Below are positions 48,354 through 57,679 of a stretch of DNA of 64,000 nucleotides, one piece after another. Numbering within the stretch: position 1 is the stretch's first letter; every line of letters begins with the position of its first letter. This stretch comes from an uncultured Sandaracinaceae bacterium (GTDB lineage Bacteria; Myxococcota_A; Polyangia; Polyangiales; Sandaracinaceae): NCBI GenBank assembly GCA_964502175.1, contig CAZCVE010000014.1, positions 24,969 through 88,968 of the forward strand, given 5' to 3'. The notes under the pieces are model-generated. The model was given only the letters and a program-made list of their open reading frames with translations, was not told where the DNA came from and searched no databases. A program made the translations under genes and the position numbers.

Positions 48354-50588
48354 ATGCCTCGGCGCCGCATGCGCACGCTCGCCCAGCTCACCGCGCCGCT
48401 TCTCCGCGCGCGTGCCGAGATCGAGAAGGAGATCGCGCGCGTGCCCGACGGCGCCGCGAAGGTGCGGGTGCTCGCGGGTCGGCTCGCGCGCTTCGTGTCG
48501 CTGCGCGCCGAGGACGTGCGCGGGCTGCCGTTCCACCTGAGCAAGGCGCGGGCGATGCGCGCCGAGCTCGCGGCGCTCTTGCCGTGGCCCGAGGACCGCT
48601 ACGAGCGTGTGTTGCTCGACGGCTTCCTCGGTGAAGCGCCGAGCGAGCCGCTCGTGTCGGTGATCATCCCGGTCTACGGAAAGCTCGAGCTCACGGTGCG
48701 GTGCCTTCTCTCCGTCCGCGCGACGCGAGAGCGCACCCCGTTCGAGATCGTCGTCGTGGACGACTGCTCGCCCGATGACACGGAGGCGGTGCTCTCTCGT
48801 GTGCCCGGCATTCGCTACCTGCGAAACGACATCAACGGCGGCTTCATCACGAGCTGCAACCGCGGCGCAGCGGAGGCTCGCGGCCGCTACCTCCACTTCC
48901 TCAACAACGACACGGTCGTCTTGCCGGGCTGGCTCGATCGGCTCGTCGAGACGCTCGAAGGAGTGGAGGGTGCGGGCCTCGTCGGCTCGCGGCTGATCTA
49001 TCCGACGCTGCGCCTCCAGGAGTCGGGCGGCATCGTGTGGCGAGACGCATCGGCGACGAACTGGGGCAACGGCTGCGATCCGTTCAACCCGACCTACGGC
49101 TCGCTGCGCGACGTGGACTACGCGAGCGCGGCGTCGGCGCTGATCGATCGCGCTCTCTTCGAGTCGATCGGCGGCTTCGACGTCCGCTACACGCCCGCGT
49201 ACTACGAGGACACCGACCTCGCGTTCGCCGTGCGCAGCAAGGGCAGGCGCACGCTCGTCCAGCCTGCGTCGCGCGTCGTGCACCACGAGGGCGGCACGGC
49301 AGGGACCGACGTCGCGGTCGGGATGAAGAAGCACCAGGTCGTGAACCAAGCGACGTTCCGGTCGAAGTGGCGCGACGTGCTCGCGACGCACGGACCGTCC
49401 GGAGAGCTCGCGCCCGCGGAGCGCGATCGATGGAGCGAGCGAACGGTGCTCGTGGTGGCGACCGCGACGCCGCGGCCCGACGCGGACTCGGGCTCGGTCG
49501 ATCTCGTGAACCTGCTGTCGCTCCTCCGTTCGCTGCGGTGTCGCGTGATCTTCTTCGCCGTGCATCCGGTGCCGCGCGGCGTGCCCGCGCCCGACGTGAA
49601 GGGGCACGACGGCGCGTACACCGAGGCCCTCCAGCGGATCGGCGTCGAGTGCCCGCACGCGCCCTACGAGCCGAGCCTCGCGCGGTGGATCCGCGAGCAC
49701 GGAGACGAGCTCGACCTGGTCGTGCTCACGCGCGCGCGGATCGCGGATCGCGTGCTGCCGATGGCGCGATCACACGCGCCCCGCGCGAAGGTCGTGTTCA
49801 ACACGGTCGATCTCCACTACCTCCGCGAGGAGCGCGAGGCCGAGCACACGAAGAGCACGCTGCTCGCCCTCAAGGCGCGCGATACGCGGGCGCGCGAGCT
49901 CCGCGCGGCGCGCGAGTCGGACGCGACGCTCGTGCTCTCGGAGGTCGAGCGTGACGTGCTCGCGAACGAGACGCCGGGCGCGCGCGTGCGCGTGGTGCCC
50001 TTGCTGCGTTCGATCCCCGGTCGCGGCGCGCCGCTCGAGGGACGCAGCGGCGTCTTGTTCGTGGGTGGGTTCAAGCACCGGCCCAACGTCGATGCCGTGC
50101 GACACCTCGTGCTCGACGTGTGGCCGCTCGTGCGCGCGCGGCGCGGTGATCTGGGTTTGCACGTCGTCGGCAGCGCGATGCCGGACGAGGTCCGCGCGCT
50201 CGCTGCACGCGACGTCGTGATGCACGGGCAGGTGCCCGACCTCGCGCCGATCATGTCGAGGATGCGGCTCAGCGTCGCGCCGCTGCGCTTCGGCGCGGGG
50301 CTCAAGGGCAAGGTCGCAGACAGCCTCGGGCATGGCTTGCCGTGCGTGACGACACCGATCGGCGTGGAGGGCAGCGGCCTCGCGCACGAGACGCACGTGC
50401 TCGTGGCCGAGGACGCGCGCGCGCTCGCCGATGCGATCGTGCGCCTGCACGCGGACGACGCGCTGTGGGAGCGCCTGTCGATCGCGGGCCTCGCGTTCGT
50501 GGAGGAGGCGTACTCGCTCGCGTCGCACCGCCGTCGGCTCGAGGCGCTGCTCGACGAGCTCGACGTGCCGAGGCGTGCGCGTTCATGA
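48354..50588 (+). CDS. bifunctional glycosyltransferase (N-terminal GT2 domain, C-terminal GT1/GT4 domain)
   Basis: GT2 motifs (VSVIIPVYG, VVDDCSPDDT, DxD in YYEDTDLAF) and GT4-like C-terminus (EGSGLAHETHVLVAEDARALADAIVRL). Confidence 0.85.
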   Translation: MPRRRMRTLAQLTAPLLRARAEIEKEIARVPDGAAKVRVLAGRLARFVSLRAEDVRGLPFHLSKARAMRAELAALLPWPEDRYERVLLDGFLGEAPSEPLVSVIIPVYGKLELTVRCLLSVRATRERTPFEIVVVDDCSPDDTEAVLSRVPGIRYLRNDINGGFITSCNRGAAEARGRYLHFLNNDTVVLPGWLDRLVETLEGVEGAGLVGSRLIYPTLRLQESGGIVWRDASATNWGNGCDPFNPTYGSLRDVDYASAASALIDRALFESIGGFDVRYTPAYYEDTDLAFAVRSKGRRTLVQPASRVVHHEGGTAGTDVAVGMKKHQVVNQATFRSKWRDVLATHGPSGELAPAERDRWSERTVLVVATATPRPDADSGSVDLVNLLSLLRSLRCRVIFFAVHPVPRGVPAPDVKGHDGAYTEALQRIGVECPHAPYEPSLARWIREHGDELDLVVLTRARIADRVLPMARSHAPRAKVVFNTVDLHYLREEREAEHTKSTLLALKARDTRARELRAARESDATLVLSEVERDVLANETPGARVRVVPLLRSIPGRGAPLEGRSGVLFVGGFKHRPNVDAVRHLVLDVWPLVRARRGDLGLHVVGSAMPDEVRALAARDVVMHGQVPDLAPIMSRMRLSVAPLRFGAGLKGKVADSLGHGLPCVTTPIGVEGSGLAHETHVLVAEDARALADAIVRLHADDALWERLSIAGLAFVEEAYSLASHRRRLEALLDELDVPRRARS

Positions 50589-52117
50589 GCGAGGCGCGCG
50601 CGACCGAAGGCGAGGGCATCGAGACGTACAAGCGTCGCGCGCTGCTCGGCGCGATCGCGCTCGCGCTGCGCACGGGGCTCGCGCAGCTGATCATCCTCGG
50701 CGGCACCGTCGTGCTCGCGCGCTACCTGCGGCCTGCGGAGTTCGGCGCGTTCGCGATGGTGCAGTTCGTCCTCACGGTGCTGACGATCTTCGGCGACGCG
50801 GGCCTCGGTGGGGCGCTGATCCAGAAGAAGACGACGCCCACCGAGGCCGAGCTCTCGAGCGTGTTCTTCGCGCAGATGGGCCTCTCGGGCGCGGTGCTCG
50901 CGGTCGCGTGGGGCCTCGGCGAGCTCTTGCCGTACGTGTGGACCGATCTGCCCGAGGGCGCGCCGTGGATCGTGCGCGCGCTCGCGCTGAACTTCGTGCT
51001 CACGTCGGCGCGCGTGGTCCCCACGGTGCTCATGGAGCGAGAGCTGCTGTTCGTGCGCATCTCGATCCTCGACACGGTGAACTCCATCGCGTTCTACCTG
51101 GCGGCCTCGGCGCTCGCGCTCGCGGGCTTCGGCGTGTGGGCGCTCGTGCTCGGCGTGCTCGCGCAGGGTGCGCTCGGCTTCGTCACCGCGCTCGCGCTGC
51201 GGCCGTGGCGTCCGAGGCTCTCGTTCGATCGCGAGGCGCTCCGTCCGCTGCTGCGCTTCGGCGTGCCGTTCCAGGCGCGCAGCATCTTGGCGCTCGCGAC
51301 GCGCGCGGCGATCCCGGTGGTGGGCGGCACGATGCTCGGCAGCGAGCCCGTGGGGTTCCTCAACTGGGCGCTCGAGACGGGCTTCTTCGCGCTGACGTTC
51401 GTCGACATCGTCGCGCGCGTGAGCTTCCCGCTCTACAGCCGCTTGCAGAGCGCGCCCGACGAGCTCGCGCGCGCGCTCGAGCGCAACCTCAGGCTCTCGG
51501 TGGTGCTCACGTTCTTCCTCACGACGATGTTCGTCAGCCTCGCGCCCGCGCTGACCGAGATCATCTACTCGGCGCAGTGGCTGCCGGCCGTGCAGGTGCT
51601 GCGTGTGTACGCGCTCGCGGTCGCGCTCGGGATGTTGATCAACGTGCTCGCGCCCGCGTTCGACGCGAAGGGTCAGCCGCGCATCGTGCTCGCGCAGCTC
51701 GTGGTGGTGGCGTCGTTCGTGTGGCTGCTCGCGCCGCTCGGCGCGTGGCTCGAGGGCACGCTGGGGTTCGCGATCGGCTACGGCGGCGCGATCTGGATCG
51801 GCGGCATGTTCCTCATCTGGGCGAGCCACCGCGAGCTCGCGCAGCTTCCCTTGCTGCGCGTGCTCGTCGCGCCGCTGCTCGCGGGGATCCTCGTCGGCGC
51901 TGGAGGTCTCGCGCTCGTGCCGTACGTGGAGAGCGCGCCGGTGCTGGTGCTCGCCGTGCTCGTCGAGGGGCTCGCGTTCCTCGGGCTCGTCATGCTCTTC
52001 GACGCGCGGACGCGCGCCGTGCTGCTCGAGGCGATGCGCAAGAAGCCCGCTGCCGAGAGCGCGGAGAGCTCAGCGGGGTCCGCGGATCAGCTCGCGGAGA
52101 CGCGCGACGACGCGTGA
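50585..52117 (+). CDS. polysaccharide flippase (Wzx/MOP superfamily)
   Basis: ATGA overlap with the glycosyltransferase stop. 12 to 14 TM helices; LLRFGVPF motif. Confidence 0.8.
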   Translation: MSEARATEGEGIETYKRRALLGAIALALRTGLAQLIILGGTVVLARYLRPAEFGAFAMVQFVLTVLTIFGDAGLGGALIQKKTTPTEAELSSVFFAQMGLSGAVLAVAWGLGELLPYVWTDLPEGAPWIVRALALNFVLTSARVVPTVLMERELLFVRISILDTVNSIAFYLAASALALAGFGVWALVLGVLAQGALGFVTALALRPWRPRLSFDREALRPLLRFGVPFQARSILALATRAAIPVVGGTMLGSEPVGFLNWALETGFFALTFVDIVARVSFPLYSRLQSAPDELARALERNLRLSVVLTFFLTTMFVSLAPALTEIIYSAQWLPAVQVLRVYALAVALGMLINVLAPAFDAKGQPRIVLAQLVVVASFVWLLAPLGAWLEGTLGFAIGYGGAIWIGGMFLIWASHRELAQLPLLRVLVAPLLAGILVGAGGLALVPYVESAPVLVLAVLVEGLAFLGLVMLFDARTRAVLLEAMRKKPAAESAESSAGSADQLAETRDDA

Positions 52118-52780
52118 GCCGTGGTAGGCGCCGCTCCAGCGGAGCAGGCGCTGGTCACCCGTCAGGTGCTGGTAGCCCGTGAGCTCGTCGCCCGCGGTGC
52201 TGCGCGCGTTCTCGACCGCGCCGTGCGTGTCCTTCATGCGGCGCGGGTAGTCCGGCAGGTGCGCCTCGTCCTTCACGAAGACGGCGACGAAGTCGATCCA
52301 TCCCTGCGCGTCCATCTCGCCGACGAACGACTCGGCGAGCGCGGGCTTCAGATCGTTGCGTCGCGCCCACGTGATCAGCGCGCGGCCCGCATCCGGATAG
52401 AAGCGCCAGCAGTCGACGGGATAGCGGTGCACGTAGCCGTTCGACGGAGCGTTCAGGTAGAGCAGGCCGCTCGGCTTGAGGATCCGGAGGATCTCGAGGA
52501 ACAGCACCCAGAACATCTCCGAGTGTTCGAAGCACGAGCTCGACACGACGACGTCGACCGACGCGTCGTCGAACGGGAGGCGGTACGGATCTTCGAGGAT
52601 CACGTCGACGCCCTTGCCCAACACGAAGTCGACGCCCACGTAGCGCGCGCCGCGCGGCGCGACCTCACGCAGCGAGCCGTTCACGTCCTGCGCGCCGATG
52701 TCCACGATCGTCGCGCTCGACGCTTCGCCGAGGTACGTGTCGAAGAACCACCGCGCATGCTTCATCGCGCCGAAGTGCAT
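52070..52780 (-). CDS. class I SAM-dependent methyltransferase
   Basis: Motif I IVDIGAQDVNGS; motif II/post-I VDVVVSSSCFEH. Confidence 0.75.
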   Translation of the reverse strand: MHFGAMKHARWFFDTYLGEASSATIVDIGAQDVNGSLREVAPRGARYVGVDFVLGKGVDVILEDPYRLPFDDASVDVVVSSSCFEHSEMFWVLFLEILRILKPSGLLYLNAPSNGYVHRYPVDCWRFYPDAGRALITWARRNDLKPALAESFVGEMDAQGWIDFVAVFVKDEAHLPDYPRRMKDTHGAVENARSTAGDELTGYQHLTGDQRLLRWSGAYHGSRVVARLRELIRGPR

Positions 52781-52856
52781 ACGCGCGCGGAGTTAACACG
52801 ACCCGGTCGGAGCGGCCCGTCGGAGCGGCCCGTAGCCACCCGACCGTCGCCCTCGC

Positions 52857-53504
52857 TCAGCCGAGACGCAGGACCTTGTACGCGTGCATCCAGCTCTTTC
52901 GCTGGAGGCCCGGCGCGCACCAGAGCTGACAGAGCGGCTCGATCGCGCGCGCGCCCGCGGCCTTGCCGACGTCCTCGGTGTCCCAGCCGAAGTCGGCGAG
53001 GATCTCCTTCGCCTTCGTCTTCGCGTCGTCGTCGTCGCCCGCGATGAACATCGTCGGAGGTCCGCCAGGGAACTTCGGGTCGACCATGAACGCGTTGCCG
53101 ATCGAGCTCCACGCCTTGACGAAGCGCGCGTCGGGACGCGCCTTCTGGAGGCGCTCCATGAGCGAGTCGTTCGGGCCGGTGAAGTACGTGAGGATGCCGT
53201 CGACCGGCGGCGCGTCGGCGATCGGGTTCGTCGTGTCGAGCACGAGCTTGCCGTTCATGCCGTCGCCGGCGAGCTTCACCGCGTCTTCCGCGACGATGCC
53301 CTTCACCGAGAGCACGAGCACGTCGCCGTGGCGCGCCGTCTCCTCGAACGTCGCGGCCGCGATGCCCGACTCCTTGCTGAACTCCGCGAGCTTGCTCGGC
53401 TCGCGGCTGCCGATGCGCACGTCCCAGCCCTTCTTCGCGAAGCCCTTCGCGAGCACCTGTGCGACCTGACCCGAACCGATGACTCCGACCCTGCCCTTCG
53501 ACAT
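52857..53504 (-). CDS. NADP-dependent oxidoreductase (F420-dependent NADP reductase / Rossmann, NpdG-like)
   Basis: SD AGGAGG upstream of ATG. GxGxxA dinucleotide fold VGVIGSGQVAQVL. Confidence 0.75.
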   Translation of the reverse strand: MSKGRVGVIGSGQVAQVLAKGFAKKGWDVRIGSREPSKLAEFSKESGIAAATFEETARHGDVLVLSVKGIVAEDAVKLAGDGMNGKLVLDTTNPIADAPPVDGILTYFTGPNDSLMERLQKARPDARFVKAWSSIGNAFMVDPKFPGGPPTMFIAGDDDDAKTKAKEILADFGWDTEDVGKAAGARAIEPLCQLWCAPGLQRKSWMHAYKVLRLG

Positions 53505-53615
53505 CGCTACCTCCTGCTTCCCGCGCCTCCGCTCGATACGGGGGGAGCCTGGAGCTCCCCCCCATTCCCCCCTGCTCGTCCTTCGTCGCTCCACTCCTCC
53601 ATCCTCGCCGCTCCT

Positions 53616-53636
53616 GGGGTCAGCGGGGCTGACCCC
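53616..53636 (-). terminator. perfect 9-bp GC-rich hairpin (ggggtcagc ggg gctgacccc) about 30 nt downstream of the beta-lactamase-family gene
   Basis: Direct reading of the sequence. No U-tract, as is common in high-GC genomes. A second 9-bp hairpin lies at 53540-53562. Confidence 0.45.
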
Positions 53637-53664
53637 GCCGCGAGGCGCCCCGAGAGACGGGCGG

Positions 53665-54915
53665 CTACTTCGACCGCTTCTCGTCGCGGATGGGGCCGCA
53701 CTCGTAGAGCGCGTGACAGAGCGCGAGCACGCGCGGTGATCGCACGCGGAAGTCCATGCGGTTCATGACGTAGCCCATCGTCAGGCCGTGCACGGGATCG
53801 CACCAGCCGAGCGCACCGCCCATGCCCGCATGACCGAACGACTCCGGCGTCGGGCTGAAGATGTGGCGCTCCTCTTTGAGGAAGCCCCGCGTCCACCCGA
53901 GCGGCTTCTGCAGCACGAGGTCGCGATCGGACCAGCCCTTGCGCGCGTAGGCACCGGCGACTGTGGACTCGCGGAGGTAGCGACGCCCTGCGTGCTCACC
54001 GCCCGACGCGAACGGCAGGTACGCGCTCGCGATGCCTCGCGCGGTGGCCGTCGCGCTCGCCCACGGGAGATCCGCGCGTCGCACCTCGACGCTGTTGTAG
54101 GCCGTGATGCCGCCGGGCAGATCGACGTGCGGGTTCAAGAACGCGCGGCGACCGATCGAGTCCTTCGTGATCGACGCGCGCGCGACGTGCGCCTCGGTGC
54201 TCTGCGGGAAGAGCAGCGAGCTCACGACGGTCTTCGCGACACGCACCGCGTTGTTCGGCGCGTAGAGCGTGGCGACGTCGCGATCGAGCGACGCGGGCGT
54301 GCCGAGCGTGGTGTCCGAGCCGAGCGGATCGAAGAGCTCGCGCTGGAGGAACGGGCCCATCGGCTCACCGGCCGCGCGCTCGAAGAGCTCCTTCGCGTAC
54401 ATGCCGAACGTGATCGCGTGGTAGCCCTGCGCCTCGCCGATCGCCCACGCGGGTCGCTGCGACTCGAGCGCCTCGAGCACCTCGCCGCGTCGGCTCGGAT
54501 CGAGCGTCGCGCGGAGGCCGAGCTTGGTGTCGAGGAACGCGAGGCCGCCGCGGTGACCGAGCAGCGTCTCGACCGTCATGCCCTCCTTTCCTGCGCGGCC
54601 GAAGCCTGGCCAGTACGTGGTGACGGGCGCGTCCCAGTCGAGCTTGCCGCGGTCGGCGAGGAGATGGAGCGCCATCGCGGCGAGGCCCTTGGTCACGGAG
54701 AACACGCAGAGTCGCGAGTCGCGCGTCCACGCGCGCTTGCTCGCGACGTCGGCGGTGCCGCCCCAGAGATCCACGACGAGCCGGCCGCGGTGATGGATCG
54801 CGAGGCCCGCGCCGATCTCCTGCTTGGTGCGCAGCTGGTTCGCGAAGACGCGCGCGAGCGGCTCGAAGCCATCGGCGTAGGTGCCCTCGGCGGGCGCGGG
54901 AGCGGCGTGAGGCAT
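53665..54915 (-). CDS. serine hydrolase, beta-lactamase/esterase family (class C-like)
   Basis: SxxK motif FSVTKGL, YxN-like and HAG region. Confidence 0.85.
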   Translation of the reverse strand: MPHAAPAPAEGTYADGFEPLARVFANQLRTKQEIGAGLAIHHRGRLVVDLWGGTADVASKRAWTRDSRLCVFSVTKGLAAMALHLLADRGKLDWDAPVTTYWPGFGRAGKEGMTVETLLGHRGGLAFLDTKLGLRATLDPSRRGEVLEALESQRPAWAIGEAQGYHAITFGMYAKELFERAAGEPMGPFLQRELFDPLGSDTTLGTPASLDRDVATLYAPNNAVRVAKTVVSSLLFPQSTEAHVARASITKDSIGRRAFLNPHVDLPGGITAYNSVEVRRADLPWASATATARGIASAYLPFASGGEHAGRRYLRESTVAGAYARKGWSDRDLVLQKPLGWTRGFLKEERHIFSPTPESFGHAGMGGALGWCDPVHGLTMGYVMNRMDFRVRSPRVLALCHALYECGPIRDEKRSK

Positions 54916-54956
54916 GGGCCGCGAGCCTACGAGCCTGCGCGGAAATAGCGAATAGG

Positions 54957-57482
54957 ATGCCCGCGCCGATGAGCTCCGACGCGCCCACCGAGACGCCCAG
55001 CACCGCCGAGACGCCTCCGCTCGAGAAGCCCCCGGTCGAGAAGCCAACGTGGCTCTCGCGCTCGCTCGCCTCTCTCGGCCGCTTCGTGGCCGCGCGCGCG
55101 TCGCTCGTGCTCGCGGCGCTGCTGCTCTCTCTGGTGCCCACGGGATGGCTCGCCTCGCGGCTCGAGATCCGCGCGTCGTTCCTGGATCTCTTGCCCGTCG
55201 ACGAAGCGCCCGTGGTGCAGCTCGGTCAGGTGATCGAGCACGCGCGCTCCGCGAGCGACATCTCGATCGCGATCGCCACGACCGATCGCGCGATGGCCGA
55301 GCGCTACGCCGAGGCGTTCGTCGCGGAGGTCGCCGAAGACCCGGAGGTGTCGGGCATCGGCGGGCACATCGACATGGACTGGTTGCTCGAGCGGCGCCTG
55401 CTCTTCGTGCCCGAAGACGAGCTCGAGCGGCTCGTGTCGCGCGCCGAGTCCGCGATCGATCGCGAGCTCCTCGCGAACACTGGCCTCTACATCGACCTCG
55501 AAGATCCGGCCGACGAAGACGAGGGCACCGACGCGCTCCTGGCGGAGGTCGACGCGAGCGACGATCGGGTCGCGCGCGACGAGTGGATCATCACGTCGGA
55601 CGGCCGCTACCTCTGCATCTGGGCGTTCTTCTCGGGCAACACGGGCGACCTCGAGTTCGGTCGTCGCGCGCTCGAGCGCGTGCACGCGATCGACGCACGC
55701 CTCCGCGACGGCACGCGCTTCCCGCGCGATCTCGAGGTGCGCTTCGCGGGCGGCATCCCCACGCGCGTCGACGACGAGCGCGCGATCCGCGGCGATCTCC
55801 AGGTCGCGGGCGTCGTGGGCTTCGTGGCCGTGGTGCTCTTGATCGTGATGTCCCTGCGGGCGCCGCGCGCGCTCGTGATCCTCGCGGTGCCGCTCTTCAT
55901 CGGCCTCGTGTGGACGTTCGCGTTCGCGCGCCTCGCGGTGGGCCACCTGAACATCATCAGCGGCTTTCTGTTCTCGATCTTGTCGGGCCTCGGCATCGAG
56001 TACGGCATTCACTTGATGCATCGCTTCCGCGAGCTGAGAGACGAGGGCGTGCCGCTCGATCGCGCGATCGAAGAGCTCACGGAGAAGACCGGCCGCGCGC
56101 TCTTGTCGGGCTCGATGACGAACGCGAGCGTCTTCGGCGTGATCGCGTTCGCGCAGTTCTCTGGGTTCTCGGAGTTCGGCCTCATCGCGGCCGTGGGCCT
56201 CTTGCTCACGCTCGTCGCGACGATGCTCGGTCTGCCGGCGTTGCTCGTGCTCTTCGAGCGCTGGCGGCCGATCGGGAAGAGCGAGGGCGACGCGCGCCAC
56301 GCCAAGCCCGTGAACGTGCCCGACGGCGTGCGCTGGGCGATCGTGATCGGCGTGCCTGTGCTGTCGATCCTCTCGGTGCTCGCGCTCGTGTCGGGGCGCG
56401 TACGCTTCGACGGCAACTGGCGCCTGCTCGCGGGCAACAGCGAGACGACGCAGTTCCAGGAGTACCTGCGACATCACTTCGCTGGCCTCTACACGGGAGG
56501 CCTGATCTACGTGCCGCCGGGCGTGGAGCTCTCGCGCGTGGTCGAGGTGATCGAGGGCGTGCGCGAGGCGCGTCGCGCGGCGGGACAGAACGTGGACGTG
56601 GCGGAGATCGAGACGCTCGACGAGGCGTTCCCTCCGATCGAGCGACAGCGCGCGCGGGCCGCGCTCGCCGAGCAGCTCGGGGCACAGCTCGATCGCATCC
56701 GACCCGGTCTCCTCGACGACGAAGGTCGCGAGCGGCTCGCGGAGGGACAGCGGCTCGTGGCGGCCGCGCAGCCCGTGGCGATCGAGGAGCTGCCGTACTC
56801 GCTCGTCGGGCCCTTCGTCACGAGCGATGGCGGCGGCTCGATCCTCCACCTGCGCATGCACGAGACCGACGACGCGAACACCGACGTGCTCGTGCGCTGG
56901 GCCGACGAGGCGCGGCAGATCGTGGCCGCGCTCGACGACGCAGGCATCGAGGTGCCGCTCTTGTCCGAGAACTGGATCGCGGGAGAGATCTTCGAGCGCG
57001 TCGCGCGCGACAGCCGCTATCTGGCCGTGGGCACGCTGCTCGCGGTGTTCGTCGTGCTCTTGCTCGACTTCAGGAAGCCGCTCGTCGCGCTCGGCGTGCT
57101 CGGCGCGGTGGTGCTCGGCGTGCTCGGCATCGCGGGCGGCATGTTCCTCTGCGGCGTGCAGCTCAACTTCATGAACGCCGCGATCCTCCCGGTGTGCGTG
57201 GGCATCTCGCTCGACAATGCGATCCACGTCTACCACCGGTGGCGCGAGAGCGGCCCGGGCTCGATCCCGATGGTGCTGAGGCACACGACGAGCAGCAACG
57301 CGCTCGCGTCGACGACGAACCTGCTCGGCTTCGCGGCGCTGGCGCTCACGCACCACGAGGGCCTGCGATCGGTGGCGTGGCTCGCGATGATCGGCGTCAC
57401 CGCGACCTACGTGTCGACCACGCTGTGGTTCCCGATGGTGTTCGCGACGATCGACGCGCGCGGCGCGAAGACCTCGCGCTGA
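54957..57482 (+). CDS. MMPL/RND-superfamily membrane exporter
   Basis: Two sterol-sensing-like 6-TM bundles separated by periplasmic domains; 841 aa. Confidence 0.85.
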   Translation: MPAPMSSDAPTETPSTAETPPLEKPPVEKPTWLSRSLASLGRFVAARASLVLAALLLSLVPTGWLASRLEIRASFLDLLPVDEAPVVQLGQVIEHARSASDISIAIATTDRAMAERYAEAFVAEVAEDPEVSGIGGHIDMDWLLERRLLFVPEDELERLVSRAESAIDRELLANTGLYIDLEDPADEDEGTDALLAEVDASDDRVARDEWIITSDGRYLCIWAFFSGNTGDLEFGRRALERVHAIDARLRDGTRFPRDLEVRFAGGIPTRVDDERAIRGDLQVAGVVGFVAVVLLIVMSLRAPRALVILAVPLFIGLVWTFAFARLAVGHLNIISGFLFSILSGLGIEYGIHLMHRFRELRDEGVPLDRAIEELTEKTGRALLSGSMTNASVFGVIAFAQFSGFSEFGLIAAVGLLLTLVATMLGLPALLVLFERWRPIGKSEGDARHAKPVNVPDGVRWAIVIGVPVLSILSVLALVSGRVRFDGNWRLLAGNSETTQFQEYLRHHFAGLYTGGLIYVPPGVELSRVVEVIEGVREARRAAGQNVDVAEIETLDEAFPPIERQRARAALAEQLGAQLDRIRPGLLDDEGRERLAEGQRLVAAAQPVAIEELPYSLVGPFVTSDGGGSILHLRMHETDDANTDVLVRWADEARQIVAALDDAGIEVPLLSENWIAGEIFERVARDSRYLAVGTLLAVFVVLLLDFRKPLVALGVLGAVVLGVLGIAGGMFLCGVQLNFMNAAILPVCVGISLDNAIHVYHRWRESGPGSIPMVLRHTTSSNALASTTNLLGFAALALTHHEGLRSVAWLAMIGVTATYVSTTLWFPMVFATIDARGAKTSR

Positions 57483-57679
57483 TCACGCGCTCACGCCGTG
57501 ACGCGACGCAGCTCGTCCGTGCCGTGCAGCGCCGCGTGACGGGCCTCGAGGACGGTCCGCGTGAGCACTGGGGCCCACTCTCGCTCACGAAGACGGCTCG
57601 GTGGTTCCCCGCGTGACGACCGCGTGCCGCGTACGCTTCTTCGTGGACGCGCTTCGTGGCTGCTGTCTAGCATCGAGGG

